A stretch of DNA of 61,832 nucleotides, filler included, from Sphacelaria rigidula (lineage: Eukaryota): the NCBI GenBank assembly GCA_964200075.2. It is 10 parts of 10 records of this genome, joined end to end, with 100 filler letters (N's around TTAATTAATTAA, not from the genome) between each part and the next. Parts side by side here need not be neighbours in the genome. Positions count along the whole stretch, not along the records: positions 1 to 6,094 come from CAXNAA020022268.1; positions 6,195 to 12,288 come from CAXNAA020022269.1; positions 12,389 to 18,481 come from CAXNAA020022270.1; 7 more parts are not named here. The stretch is one strand, 5' to 3'. A model generated the notes under the pieces. The model searched no databases and was not told the origin of the DNA. It saw only the letters and a program-made list of their open reading frames with translations. Shown here one piece after another: positions 1 to 12,969 of this stretch. Position 1 is the first letter of the stretch. Each line of letters begins with the position of its first letter. The translations under genes were made by a program, and so were the position numbers.

Positions 1-1779
1 AACAGCAGGTGTTTAATCATAGAACACCCCTGTTCCTAACCATATCTCGCCTCGACAATTTTTTGCGACAGACACCCCCCCCCCCCGATACACACACCAT
101 GCATGCGATCGGTTGACAGCAGAGAGGCTCAATTACAGGATCTCAGCCCCCATTTCGGTCACGTCAGCCAGAGTTGAGTCACCCACACGAGGTATCTTGT
201 TTTCACTCCGCATACCAAGAAGGTCTACACGACTGTTTGATCCCTCATACAGACATCCCCCCGGCTGGGATGTGGCAAACTGTCTACTGTCCTTGTTTCG
301 CAGACGTCGGGTGAAATCAACGACTGCAACAACACCCCCCAGCTTCCGATGGTCAGATCTTCCCGCAAGAGCGCAGCCGTCCTTGCTCGCATGTGTGTGT
401 GAGAGAACAGTAGCGGTGACGGGAACATCACCCTGTTTTTCGACGAAGTGCTCTACTGCGCACAGAGGCACTTCCTGTCCAAGCAGAGAGGCAGAGAGAG
501 ATCAATCTTTGCATTGGTCAGTGCCACAGACAGGAGAAGACAAGCGGGGCATCCCGCGATCTTGTGTCCGCGGCTGTGCTACAACAACCCGCCTGACCAC
601 ACATGGCAACCTGGGTATGTGCTGGTGCTATAACATGATGCAAATCTCTACAGCGGTTGGGAATCGCCGCACAAGGACACACAAAGGACAAAAGACACCG
701 GCGAGGAGCTTCCTCTCCGCCGTTGCTCCTCTGGTGATATCGTTATCGACACGCGTGTGCACGGCATTCATTTGGTGTACCTAACTACACCGGCGTGAGT
801 GCAACAGAAGGTCTGCTTGCGAAAACGCTTTCCCGTGATGATTCTGTTTGTCGTGAATTCTCGAGTTTTCGAATTGGGGTTGAACCCCATTTCAGTGTTC
901 GACTCCAAAATTTAGAACCGGTTGTTGTTCGAGCCACCGTTTATCATGTGGATCTACGGGAGTCACTTATTTCACGGATTTTTCAAGATTTGTTTGAATG
1001 ATTTTGTATATACAGAGTCATTCTCAAAGGGGTGACGTACCTCTCAGTATTACAGCTGGATAACAGACGGTATAATATCCTACCAGTGCCCTACCACAGT
1101 ACTGTACCGTACCCTAGCGTGGTGCCGTACTTCAGGGCACGTACAAAACGAGTGCAGTAACGTGCACACACAGTGCACTACACTACACCAGGTCTTTGTG
1201 CTCATCTCCGGAGAGAATAGCGTCACTCGTCTCATTCATTGTCACTCCCACGCGACTTATGACTGCCTACCTGCGCATCGCCGCTTCTTCAAGCACAGGT
1301 ACGGTCTGTGCTCTCACGAATGACTCTGTCCGCTCCTTGTGTTTCAAAAAGGTCAAGCGCCTCCTGCCATATGTACAGATTAAAGCGCGCGGAGGCGGGG
1401 GGGGGGGGGCAAAGATTTTCCCGACAATCTGCAACACATATTGGGGGAAACTACTCCAAACAAAAATATTTGGGCAACAGACAAAAGTGCTTACACCCAC
1501 CCCGTTTAAGCCAAAAGTGGGTGCAGTAAACGTAGCTGCCCGTGCTAGGCCCAGAACACTGAAACACCGATTTCGACGCAAAGGCGACACGCCCGCAGCC
1601 CATGCAGAGCATGTACACAAATTTTCGCCGAAACAAGCGCGGTTTAGGGCCAAACAGCACCGCGGGGCACAAGGGCCTTGCATGATACCTTTTTTTGTCC
1701 GGCAACGGGGTGGGTGCACCCATGACTAACTACCCTGTTGATCTAAGAGCCTTTTTTGTCCAATTTTGTCCGAAGTGTA

Positions 1780-1925
1780 CCCACGTTTAGTCGGTCTTCC
1801 ACAGGCCAGCGTCCAAGATACCGAATGGCGCGAAATCGACTGACCCAAGAACGTCTCGAACGCCTCTTTATACCTCCTTCTACGAGCTGGAGACTGGAAA
1901 GCCCCCCGTCGATGTTTTCCACCCC
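1780..1925 (+). pseudogene. Probable remnant of a hAT transposase C-terminal dimerisation domain
   Basis: Frameshifted reading RNRLTQERLERL ... PPVDVF resembles the RNRL..E.L..L...GPP motif of hAT/ZNF862-like dimerisation domains; recognised by eye only. Confidence 0.4.
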
Positions 1926-4419
1926 ACACAAACGAGACCCCTGCAGCGTGATTGACATACCGCACGACCATTGTGTGCACCGGCGCAAACTGCACAACAA
2001 AGTTGCCTCATTGCGGAACACAAACTCAACGCCCGCAACGGGTTGCCTAATTACGGAAGAACGCAGCGGCTGAACCGCTCCATGACTCACTCATCACACA
2101 CGCCGGTGCGCAAGCATGTCGAGGCAACTCGCCCAACATGGCGTTCGCAATGTCCATCACATTTTTGTAGCAATAGCAGAGAGAGGCGCACGTAGTAATA
2201 GCCGAGCGACGGGAGGACAAGCAGGTTAGACAAGGTACTGTGCAAAGTAATCTTTTGTGGGATATTGGGGGAGATCCAACTGTGAATCGGAAAGGACCAC
2301 ACACGCTAAACAACACTCTCTTCGGTTCCCCCTTTTCTTTTCAGGCCGAAGGAGATCCCTATGGAGTTCACACCAGCGGAGGAAGCTTCTGGAGTGGACT
2401 CAGAAGCGGATACCTCGAGGCGAGGAAATATTTATTTTCTCTTGTAGTGTGTCATGTCGGATACCATAGGCATCCCCTGGCGTGGTGCAAACCCTTTTTT
2501 TTTTTCCTGCACGCTGACTGACGACATTGCTCAACGTGCTCGAATTCTTCTGTTTGCGCTGTTTTTTCCTTGTTCTTTTTTCTACTTGTTGTTTGTGTGT
2601 ATGTACCTCTCTGTGCATTTGGAAATGGCTGCGTTTTTTCGGTGGTTCTTTGCGCTGAAATTTGCAATTTTTCCCTGTGCTTGCACTCCTCGTCATGCTT
2701 GTGGTGTGCACAGGCTGGTTCATGCTTCCGACCCAAATTTCACTAGTCAGCAAATTCCTTCCGCGAAACCTCTCCAATTGTCGCATGCATGGTATGATGC
2801 TGACGGCCATAGACCACTGAATAGGGTGATGGCAGGATTTTTGTTCAAGACCATAGTGGTGGCACTAAGGGCGAACAAACGGCTAAAATGTACCTCGACT
2901 TGGTACCTCGACCAATCATCGGCCTTGAAATCATTCTGATTTTGAAATGCGAATTCCAAACCTAATTTCTACCTCATCTCCACATTCTTCGCGTTGTATG
3001 AACCTCACGGGAGAACAGATTTGGAAACGGTTTTCATGCGATCGAATTAACCCCAATCCGCCATAATTCGGCAATGTGGGGTTTTGGCGTCTTCGGATTC
3101 CTACTGATGATAACCACCAAAGATCCAGAAAGGCCCCCGATGATTTTCCTTATATCTGTCGTCGTAAAGCTCCGATCACCCTCAAACTCTGAGGTTCGGT
3201 AGGTATTGATGGCTCATAGAGAAAAAAAATTAGTTGTTGGAAATATTTCGAAGTTTCTCCGCCGTTTACCGGCTCCCAGGGTCCTCGCGTGAAGAGCCCC
3301 GGAAGCCGGTATCCCTAAAGATATCACACTCTATGAATCACACGTCCCGTCGTCGTCCAAGGAAAAATAGTACGAAGTGCCGTTTCGGATTCTCGAAGGA
3401 CCGATGCACCGGGGCCGTTTTAACATCAAGCGTACCCGAAAAGAAGTTGTTTCACAACCAGAACGAAGTAGTCAGGAGTTTGTACCTTCCAAGCCCACTT
3501 TGACGCACAAAAGGCCAAATGTTTACGCCATTTCATGAAGTTAGGCTCTTAAAATCTGCACACAGACACGATGGGGCATGTCGGAACTTTGAACGGACGG
3601 AGTTTTTCGATTTTTCGATTTTCCCCCCCGGTTTTCGCGGGTCCCAAAATGGCATATTGCTTCCCAGAACCCCGGGACCTCCGATAACCGGGGAGTTTTT
3701 TCGACAAATCCCATCCGTTGAAATTTTCGAAATGCCCCAACGTACATGTGCGAAGATTTTCAGGGTATTTTTTTATTTCTATTTTTTGGTACCTGTCGCA
3801 CTTTGAACCCCTCCCCTTTCTCGGGATGAGCCCGTGGTCTCAAGGGATCAATCCATCCATCTCTCCCTCGGTACACGTCTTGCATTTTGGTCGGGCGGAT
3901 GGGGTCCGCACAACCGCACCGCATCAGCCCTCGTCAAACAAACTCAGTCGACTACTCTGTTTACTCACGTTCTCACGCTTTCCACGGTGGAAATCATACA
4001 TTACGAAGAAATAACCCAACGCAACGGGAATCGAACCCTCGTTCTCTCCACCCTAACGGCGACAGCCGGACCATTACACCACCGGGGCGCGGCGGCAAGT
4101 CTATCTCCAAGAATCGGCGTGAATACTTGCGCGTGAGTCAATTTCGGGTGGGAAGCTTGAACTATCCCCTACGTAATTTCCCGTCGCTCTGGGTCCCTTT
4201 TGTGGCTTCTATTATAGTTTGATCTACAACACCTGTTCCTCACGAGGCTCAAACGCTTGTAGTCGTACCCAGTGTTGATGTGATCTATCCCCTGTCTCTA
4301 TATATGTCCGACTCGCCTGCTCACAGGCTCAGACCGTCCGTCTTGAACTGTCCTCATTGTCCATTCATATCCGGGTGAGTTGTAATATTCACTTGAAACA
4401 AACAAAGAATTGAGATCAT

Positions 4420-5216
4420 AGAAATGGAAAATATAACACAAGGAACATGCCACGAAAGAGATTGCTAGCCATAGTTGATAAGGCTGTACGGAAGAAATTT
4501 ACGAAAGGGCAGGCTGGAATAAGGTGGGATAGAGAAGTCGAGAAAGTATGGAAGGAGATAGAAGGAAACCAAGACGAAATACTGTCCATAGTTGAAGGCG
4601 CAAGGCACGAGACAAAATTAAGAGACATGATAGAAATAAGGGGAAAATGAGCGCTCAGACACAAAGTAGACGAGGAAGAGGACCTGAAGATATGCAGGGA
4701 GTTGGGGGAAGGGATGGGGATGAAACCATATCTGCACGGACCAATGGACTACGCGAAAAAATCGAAACTGCGATTTCGGGTGGGGGACCTGGACCTGCCA
4801 GGAGGAAGAAAGAGGTACGCCGGTAGTTAGGTGGAGGAAGAAGCAGATGCACAGAATTACCCCTGCGGCAAAGCAATCAAGAGTAGGATTCAAATGGTGT
4901 ATACAAGGAGGAACAGGACGTGTTGGAGGAGGAAATGCTGGACGTGAGCGAAGGCGGCATGAAATCGCTCGGTACATTAGACAGCAGCGAGGAAACGGTC
5001 GCTATACTAGGAGATACATGATGGCAACAAGCGGCGAAACAGGAAGGGAGATAAGATATGTTAAGCGTTTCTGTGTGTTGTATGGAAATAAGCTCCTGAG
5101 CGCCCAAATCCTGGAGGTGTCTCTATTAGGAGGAGGAACGGTGCTCGTCTCGACAGGGATGCAAGGCCAATGATCAAACGACTAAGGGGAGCAACAAATG
5201 GGTAGCCAGCCCCTCC
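4420..5216 (+). mobile_element. 3' fragment of a non-LTR retrotransposon (LINE) family, degenerate
   Basis: Broken ORF: MPRKRLLAIVDKAV..GQAGIRWD..KLRFRVGDLDLP..PCGKAIKSR..GVSIRRRNGA. Ends AAATGGGTAGCC plus a C-rich tract. Aligns by eye with the copies at 47610-47910 and 60214-60810. Confidence 0.85.
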
Positions 5217-6029
5217 ATCTGACCACGCCTTCACTCGCAGCCGTGTCATCTGTGGAAACGTGGCAATCCCTGCGCGATCCGACCACATCTTCCCTGGCGC
5301 TTGTCACCTCGAAATGCGGAAATGTGGCCGTGGTTCGCCCATTAACGCGTTTGTGGTACGCGAGCTGGCAATCCCTACCTCATCCGACCGCACCTTCCCG
5401 CGCCCCCAACGCAGCCGTCAAGCAACATCTCTACACATTTCAACACCACTTGGTACATCTATATCTATATCTCTCTATAAATATGTGTGTCGACCCTAGT
5501 CGTCTCAATCAAGATGCCCAATTGAGAAGCTTGTGTCGTGGGTGAACACAACTTTGCCATTAAGATTGAACTTGAAGCTCAAAGCATGAAGAGTCTAACT
5601 GCAGGAGTAAATGGCGTCACCCCCCAGTATTTTCCTGGGTGCGGCCTGTGTGCGACGCGGAGGGGCGCAAAGGAATTGACGACTGAGTGACTTTCATCAG
5701 CAAGCGCTTCGGGATGAACTTATCTCCGGTTTCGACGGCGCCTCTCATTTTCTCATTTTGTCTCCTTCCTCATATTTTCGTACCGTCTCTTTTCGACCGC
5801 GGGTCTGATCTCTCCAATATTGTCTCGTATATTATATTTTCATCCCGTCTGTTGTCGACCGCAGGTCTGATCGTTCCCAAGTTGTCTGGTTACTTTATCG
5901 AGAGTTTCGTTTCATTCGTTGTCCCCGTGAACCAAACTCCGCATACCAACCAACCCAAACCTTCTATCATAACCGTTCATCGAAAATCCAAAACCAATCA
6001 TTCCCCCCCCCCCCGGCTAGGTCATAGCG

Positions 6030-6094
6030 TAAAGAACATGCAGAGAAAGAGACTGCCAGCTATAGTTGATAGGGCTGTATGGAAGAAAAGTACG
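6030..6094 (+). mobile_element. Short fragment of the same LINE family, cut by the contig end
   Basis: AAGAACATGCAGAGAAAGAGACTGCCAGCTATAGTTGATAGGGCTGTATGGAAG matches 4441-4497. Confidence 0.75.
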
Positions 6095-6194
6095 NNNNNN
6101 NNNNNNNNNNNNNNNNNNNNNNNNNNNNNNNNNNNNNNTTAATTAATTAANNNNNNNNNNNNNNNNNNNNNNNNNNNNNNNNNNNNNNNNNNNN
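6095..6194. other. Artificial 100-nt contig spacer (N run + TTAATTAATTAA + N run). Same spacer at 12289-12388, 18482-18581, 24675-24774, 30868-30967, 37061-37160, 43254-43353, 49447-49546, 55640-55739
   Basis: Identical structure nine times; the linker has stops in all six frames; intervening blocks are 6093-6094 bp. Confidence 0.97.
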
Positions 6195-6319
6195 GTAGGG
6201 TTGGGTTCATATGAAATTAATTTGTCTTTAATTTAGTTCAGGGAAAGCACGGCTTTTGAGTTGAACCTCATTTTGTTTTCAACCCCATTTTTTTTTCAAC
6301 CCCATTTTCGAGAATCGGC

Positions 6320-6492
6320 TGTTTGTTGTTGTTGCTGCTCCTGCTGCTCCTGATCCTGCTGCTCCTGCTGCTGTGTTGCTGCTGCTGCTATCGTTGCTAT
6401 TGCTATTGCTGCTGCTGCTGCTGCTGCTGCTGTTTCCACCTTGCTTTCCACTATCCTGGTCTGCTGTTGTTGTCCCGCTTGTTGTGTTGTTA
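6320..6492. repeat. Imperfect (CTG/TTG)n trinucleotide microsatellite
   Basis: Seen directly in the sequence. Confidence 0.95.
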
Positions 6493-8629
6493 TTTTTGCC
6501 ATTACCGCCTACTGTCGGCTGTACTTTTCTTGCTTGCTACCGCATCGCATGTTGTCAAATGCACGCGTATTTTCCGCCATAATGTTTCCATCATTTTGTA
6601 CCTTGCTTTGATTGGAACGCACAGTTTTGTCACCATCGCCTGCAGTGTATCACCTTTGCCTGACCGACACCGTTCACCCACAATATCACTGCTCTACCTA
6701 ACCAGCAATGATCGTGTTCCAGGCATTCTCCTAATTATTTCGGTCTTTTTGTTGCATATTGAATTGGAACAATCAACCCACCATAATCAGTATATGTTTT
6801 GTTTTCGGGGTTGCATTTTTATTGTGACCATGGGGATTTGTGAAATGCACGTGCGGTAAAGCTTCCATTTTGTTTTTGTCTTGTTTGTTTTCCTTTCATT
6901 TTACATACTCATATTTTCTGAATCTCCGCGTATCGTGTCTACCGTAACTGTCTTTTGAGCCACCCGGTTGAATTTTGAGCGTTTTATAACTTTCGCCGCC
7001 GTCGTCTTGCTCTGTAGAGCTGCACTATTTTCATTTTCATGTTCTGCTAATTTTGTATTTTGTTTCGCGCTCGTGATGTCTTTCTTTTGACCTTGCGGGT
7101 GTAGGCTATCTGCAGAGCCCTGTCTGTTGCGCTGCCTGTGTTCATCATACTTGAGCAGGATTCCGCTTTTAATCGATCTGTCTGGTTCGCAACCCCGAAA
7201 CGCCGAATTTACCGCCCGGCGCAGGACATCTCGATATGTCATGGTTCGATACTTACCGCCTAGGTGGGGATGGTGCCAGTTCAGTGGGCACCAGGCTAGC
7301 GGGCTCCAAACACAATCATTAGTATCGAATCCATTTGAGCTCGACGTTACCAAGTGTAGAGTCAGCCACCGCACCAGTGGTCAGGTGGCATGCCGTGAGC
7401 CGCGCAGGCTGCAAGACAGTATGTGTTGCATGAAGGTCGGGCTTACATTTAGTGAAAACCAGATAATCCTCTGAGATCGCAGACCGTGATGACGTAGATG
7501 CTCTTGTATTATTGGCGTACAGGCTAACTTGTGCTTTGCTAGTGGAGATGCATAGTCCAAAAACGCTGTGGCAGATGGGAGCAGCCAGCTCGATCCCGCC
7601 ACACAATGTAGTATGACCCATCAGGTACCAAGGATGACAAATTATGACACATGGAACCTAATCTACTGGACAATGACCAATAAATCTGTAACATCCCCCT
7701 GGCCATATTTATATGGCTAAACAAAACATTATTGGAGGGCTGGAAGGGCCAGAACAAAAACAAAGCCTGTGCATCATACGCCTGAAAGTAAAACCAGAAA
7801 AACGTGCTGAATTACAGTACAGGGGAAAACTCGTTGCAGATCTAATAAATAGGTAAACCCTGATAAGCAGGGGAAAACTACATCCGTTGGGAAAGGGAAA
7901 AAATCTATACCGCCTTTTCCAACGACAGAAACAGCAGACAAGTACGGTCGCTGTCGTTTTCCCGGGATCTCAGTTAGACTGGAGAACGATCGGCTAGTTA
8001 GCGTGATCGCGCGTCGACACCCCGGATCAGCTACACTGGATTCTGGGGTAGTGCGGGGCTTGAACCTCGCTAAAAACAACCTTTCCGCGAACTGATCAAT
8101 AGTTACAGGAGTGCAGCTTTTGAGGGGTGCTCTTCTGTAACTACTGACACCTTTTCTACTGGAAATAGAGCCCACGCGCCTTGGCTCACACATGTGCCCG
8201 TTTAGTACCAAATGGGAAGCAATGAATAACAACGCGGCAAAAGAAAATGACAACAACACTCGAAATTCATGACTGACGCGTACGGTAACACAATATATAG
8301 TTACATATTCCCTTATTTCATCATCGCATTCCTCTCGCGATGATATCATATACCACATCGCACAACAGCTATTCGTAAACGTCGATGGCTCCAGTCTATC
8401 TTTGGTTCCTCCGTTCCAGCTTGGGGCGCTCGAGTTCCCGGCGAGATAGCTGTTTCCAGTCTCCATCTTCGCATTGTACTCCCCGAGAGAAATTCCCATA
8501 ATCATACACATGGTGCTTCAGCTCGGCACTGCTATAGCCTTTCCAGGAGGTAGCACCTATGGGCAAAAGCTTCAAGGCATCACTACGTGGAGGAGCGGGA
8601 TGCTTCGAGTGCGATGGCGGTGTCGAAGA

Positions 8630-9120
8630 AACTGTGGGGTGATACAGGTGCAAAAGGCTCATGACACAGTATGGGGCAATGGGCTGTGGGAAAATATATG
8701 AGGAACTATGATCAAAGGAAATGTGTGGACGATGAAGACGACAGAAATGTGCCACAAGTGCGATGATGCTAGACAGGGAAATATCGAAATATTTCGATAT
8801 TTTTCAAGGAGTCGCACCAGGATGTACGTCATCACCCTCTCTACTCGAGGTATTCTTTGATGACCTGATACCAGCATTAGACACGGCAAAGCAAAGGGTG
8901 AAGTTGCTGAAGAAATTGGAAACAGTGCAGCTGGCCGCAGCTCAGAGAATACTTGGATGCAATCAAAATAGTGAAGAAGATGAAAACAGTACAGATTGCA
9001 ACAGCTCAGGAAATACTTGGATGAAGTGAAGTTGGTGAGGGAGTTGGAAACAGTACAGATGACAGCAGCTAGGGGAATTACTCGGATGCTCGAAACAAAC
9101 GAGTACGCCTCCCCCCCCCC
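8630..9120 (+). mobile_element. LINE reverse-transcriptase fragment joined to the family's 3' terminus (GAGTACG + poly-C)
   Basis: VQKAHDTVWGNGLW, MMLDREISKYFDIFQGVAPGCTSSPSLLEVFFDDL and KLETVQ..A..ILGC are non-LTR RT motifs (D..KAYD.V; QG.PQG..LSP.LF). Confidence 0.85.
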
Positions 9121-9709
9121 TTCAAGTCTCCCCCTTTCCCCCACCCGTCAGTGCCTGAAACAGCGTAGAGTTCTCGACAACCTAACACGGTGAAAAATTC
9201 AGGCAATGTAATCTAACACAGGGACTAATTCAGGAGTCAGGTGGGATGTGGGTGTAGCGCTCCAGTTTGGTCCCCCCAATGTGGGACGCAAACACTTCGG
9301 GTATGGAGTGTTTCAGATGAGGTGGGCGGATATGGAAGGACATTATTTTTCTGAGACAGCTGTGGTACGTGTGTAATGTTTACGGTCACTCCAGAGCTCG
9401 AAGAGGAACGTGTCAGACGGTAGCATGGCGTCGGGTCGTCGGGTAGGGTGCGATTGCCCAAGAGTATGCGTGAAACATTCTCTTTCTGAGGCCAAGATTT
9501 GTATGTTGGAAGAATTCGTGTCCGTGGCACCGTCCGTACGACAGACCGACTACTATTCAGCGAACAGTAGTAGCAGAGGTTGCACCCTGATCGTGAAATC
9601 AGTTGCGCCTGCAGCTCAGAATAAATCAGTGAGACAAATAGTTGATTGGGCGCTTATTTTGCCAAGAAAAGCAGAAATACACAGTTCCTTTAGAAAGCAG
9701 GAACTAAGG

Positions 9710-10084
9710 TGTTGAAGGAGAGTGACCTTGGAGGGCGATGAGAACCATCAGCTCCGTCCCTCAATCCCTGGAACCAAAAAGCAAAGCGTTACACGGACGT
9801 GACCACACGCTTCCATGTCACTTGCGGGGCAGAGTGCCAGCTCATAGACTAGATCCTCACTCAAGCTACGGCACTAACAAACACTGGAAGTACACTGTCG
9901 TATCCTACAAGCTTATTACGGGGCTAGATCTACAGGATATATATAACTCAAGGATTCATACAAGAAAGGTACTTGTACCCGGGATATCCCGCGCTACTTG
10001 AACCGTGACTAGTTGTCCCGCTAAGTTGCTACGAGAGCAAAAACTCACAAAATACAAGCAGTTAGGCTGTACAGATTTCCAACA
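9710..10084 (-). mobile_element. 3' LTR (375 bp) of a Ty1/copia element
   Basis: TGTTGAAG...TTCCAACA inverted termini; polypurine tract AAGGGGGAG on the minus strand (plus CTCCCCCTT, 10085-10093) abuts the LTR. Confidence 0.85.
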
Positions 10085-10613
10085 CTCCCCCTTGAGTTGT
10101 ACGTTGCTTAGCAATTCAGTCCTCAATCAAATTGTAGACTAGACAAAAGGTAGCTATATATTTCGTGATGCGCTGATGTATAAAAGGTCAGCTTGTGTAG
10201 TGAAATCAAGTCAAATCAAGAATCAATCGAGGTACTTGAGCTCGCGGTGCTGATTACAAAATCAGTCCGCCCTTTTTCAACTGCACAGGTAATGTGTCAA
10301 GAAACACCTTCTACCACGAAATTTCATGTACACATACACATTCGGACTAATTGTGTGGCATCAAAATTTCGCAACCTGTATTAGCCTAAAAAGATTTCCC
10401 GTACTATGCTACTGCTCGGGTAGAATTGTTTTGTTTCCATGTGCAGCCTTCCTGTATACAAACAAAAGAAATAAATTCTCATGAGATAGCTCCTGGCTAT
10501 AGTACTTGAATAATGCCCGCGTTTAGAAATAAACCCATATTCATGATTCAAGGCGCATTTTGTGCATCCAAATCTCTCCCGTACTTGAGTCTAGCGGGCG
10601 ACGATGATGACCC

Positions 10614-11135
10614 CTATACTTGAATTAATCTTGAGGTCAGTTGGTCGTGTAACCTCTTCGTGATTAAAACATCAAACTCATCTGGGGTCTCATTGATCCA
10701 ACCTTCAAGTAAAAAGTTGAGCTCTCTCGGATCCAGGAAAAAATGAATGTCTGCCATAAAAAACACTTGCCTGAGGGAACTCAGAAAATCGAAGATGGTT
10801 GGATATTCACGTTCATCGAATAGCCCGAAGCGTCGGAGATCTGCGACCATCCTCCGTCTGTCCCTTCAGCTCTGACCTGGAACGCCAACATGCTGGAGGT
10901 GATCCTTCCTGCATCCCCAGTCAATTGTTGTCCCTGAAATCGCTCGTCTTGACCCGTTGTCGGCTGTGCTTAGTTGAGCCCTAGCGCGTGGTGTGACACC
11001 ATGAATACTCGTCGCTTGTGGGCGAGAGTTACGGTTGTTATGGTATCTCACGTGTTGGCGCATGTTACGAGAGGCTCTCCCACGGTTGTTGGTGTTGTTG
11101 TTGTTGCTGGTGAAGGTGTTGCGAGGTGTGCTCAT
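10614..11135 (-). pseudogene. Extra ORF of about 173 codons with one internal TGA, inside the copia element between integrase and PPT
   Basis: ORF-track entries 10866..11135 and 10614..10850 are in the same frame, separated only by TGA at 10866-10868. Confidence 0.45.
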
Positions 11136-11331
11136 GGTGTTAAAGAAACGGGTGTAACGGCAAGAAGTAATGGCGCCCGGAGTTGATGATGGAGATGAAA
11201 GAAGTTGGAGAGTTGAGAAGTTGGGGATCGATGGGGGCGATGTAGAGCCCAGCCTGCGATGTAGAAATGTTTGACGTACGGAAGTCGATGCGTCCGCCTT
11301 AAATTGACGTACTGGTAATGACGCACGTCCG

Positions 11332-12216
11332 TTAATACGTCAGCCTCGATATTGGCGTATTGTTGTTCCTTCCGTCGGTAGATTCATGGAGATTTCCCGA
11401 AATCGTCAATGCTAGTTTTCGTAGCTCTTGAGATTGACGTTGGTTGGTAGGAGATGAAGTAGTGCGGGCCGAAGTTCCGGCGGAGCGAAGTCGCATAGGA
11501 TGAGTAGAAATGTTTGAACTGTCGCCGCGGTTCAGCAGTGAAATGCCATCAAAAACGTTGTTGTTGAAATCCGTATTGTCCTGTTGAAGGTGGTCTTGAG
11601 TGTGATGAAATTCGGCTTCGTCCTGTAGGTCCTCTTGATGGGGCTGAAAGTCAGTATTCCCCCCCCAAATATTCGGAGTTGGTTCTTGCCACAAATTGGT
11701 TGGAGCTCCGGATGCTTGCTCAACGAATGTGACGTTTCTGGAACTACTAATCCTGCCGGACTGCCGGTCGTAGATGCGGTATGAAGGGCTGTCGTACCCA
11801 TGCCTTGTCTTCCAGTTTGTTGAGGTGTCCTTCCTTGTGTACGAACGCACGACAACCTATGGTGCGTAGAAACGATAATTTTGCCTGTTTTCCAAACATC
11901 CTGTAGTACGGTGCTTCTCCGTTGATGCTACTATGGGGTTGACGATTCAGTAGAAATACTGCCGTCGCTGATATTTCACCCCACAGGTACTTGGGCAGGT
12001 GCCCTTCGTTCAAGAGGCAACGGGTTATGTTGAGAATAGTTTTTCCGTCGCGTTCTGACATACCATTCTGCTGAGGAGTGTAGCTGGCGGTGAACTCTTG
12101 GATAATTCCGGTAGTTTTGCAGTATCGACGAAAATGCTCTGCTGTGAGTTCCCCTCCGCGATCTGACCGCAGGTGATGTACTCGAAGTCCTTGAGGAATC
12201 GCCACGTCTTGAATGA
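11332..12216 (-). mobile_element. Ty1/copia integrase core and downstream linker, frameshifted
   Basis: LRSDRGGE..F..YC...GIIQEFTASYTPQQNGMSER...LPKYLWGE..ATAVFLLNR..GCRAFVH....KLEDKA, then GYDSPSYRIYD..SRNVTF in another frame. Confidence 0.93.
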
Positions 12217-12288
12217 ATTTAACAACAAATTGTGCGAATTGAGGTTTAACTTCGAGATGAGGCTCAAGCCTAAAACAGTGCTTTCCCC
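12217..12288 (-). repeat. End of a young repeat abutting the copia integrase; near-identical copy at 55740-55813 (+)
   Basis: GGGGAAAGCACTGTTTTAGGCTTGAGCCTCATCTCGAAGTTAAACCTCAATT...TTGTTGTTAAAT in both copies, each at a contig end. Related sequence at about 6240-6300 and 28655-28700. Confidence 0.85.
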
Positions 12289-12969
12289 NNNNNNNNNNNN
12301 NNNNNNNNNNNNNNNNNNNNNNNNNNNNNNNNTTAATTAATTAANNNNNNNNNNNNNNNNNNNNNNNNNNNNNNNNNNNNNNNNNNNNATCCTCCGGGTT
12401 CTCATCCTCAATGAAAAGCACCATCCTCAACATAGATGATCGGCTGTTCGTACAGTCAGCGCTGACTGTACGGTAGTCTAATCGGTTGTCTATAAATCGT
12501 CACAGGTCACACTTTTATTCCGGGCAGCACATCCAACAGAGAGTGTAGTCAGCAAAATGACGTTTCTTTCTCGCCACCAATCGCATAGCCGAAGGGTGAA
12601 GGTCCTGGGCTTTCATGCGTTTGTCACGGTTCGCCTCCGAATTGGATATGATTGATACTACTTGATCAACACTAATATTCGGAACTTCGATGGGGTTTAT
12701 TACAGGCCCTAGTGCTCTTCTTGTGAATGAAATACGTTTTGTCTCACACTGGTGGACACTAGATCACATTTGCAAAGTTTGTACTGCGTACAGTACAACA
12801 AGCTGGGCCAGCCTGAACACGGATTTAAGCTCTAAAAGCAATATCATCTCATCGACAAAGACGAGTTGGGCCGTGACCCGCATATCGTATTAATCGTCTA
12901 ACCAAGGGGAATGTACCCATCTACACCTTGTTGTCTGCAATTCTCAGTATTTCAGGATTTACACATGAA

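Noticed and set aside
1..4240. Possible 4.2-kb TIR element (AACAGCAGGTGTT at the window start versus AACACCTGTTCC at about 4228)
   Set aside because: The match is short and imperfect, the left end is cut by the contig start, and no TSD can be tested.
6296..6859. Poly-Q, poly-L and poly-C ORFs
   Set aside because: Translations of a CTG microsatellite with no splice or homology support.
6900..8500. Minus-strand ORFs 6901..7374 and 7774..8511 as genes
   Set aside because: No recognisable domain or consistent exon structure; probably decayed transposon sequence.
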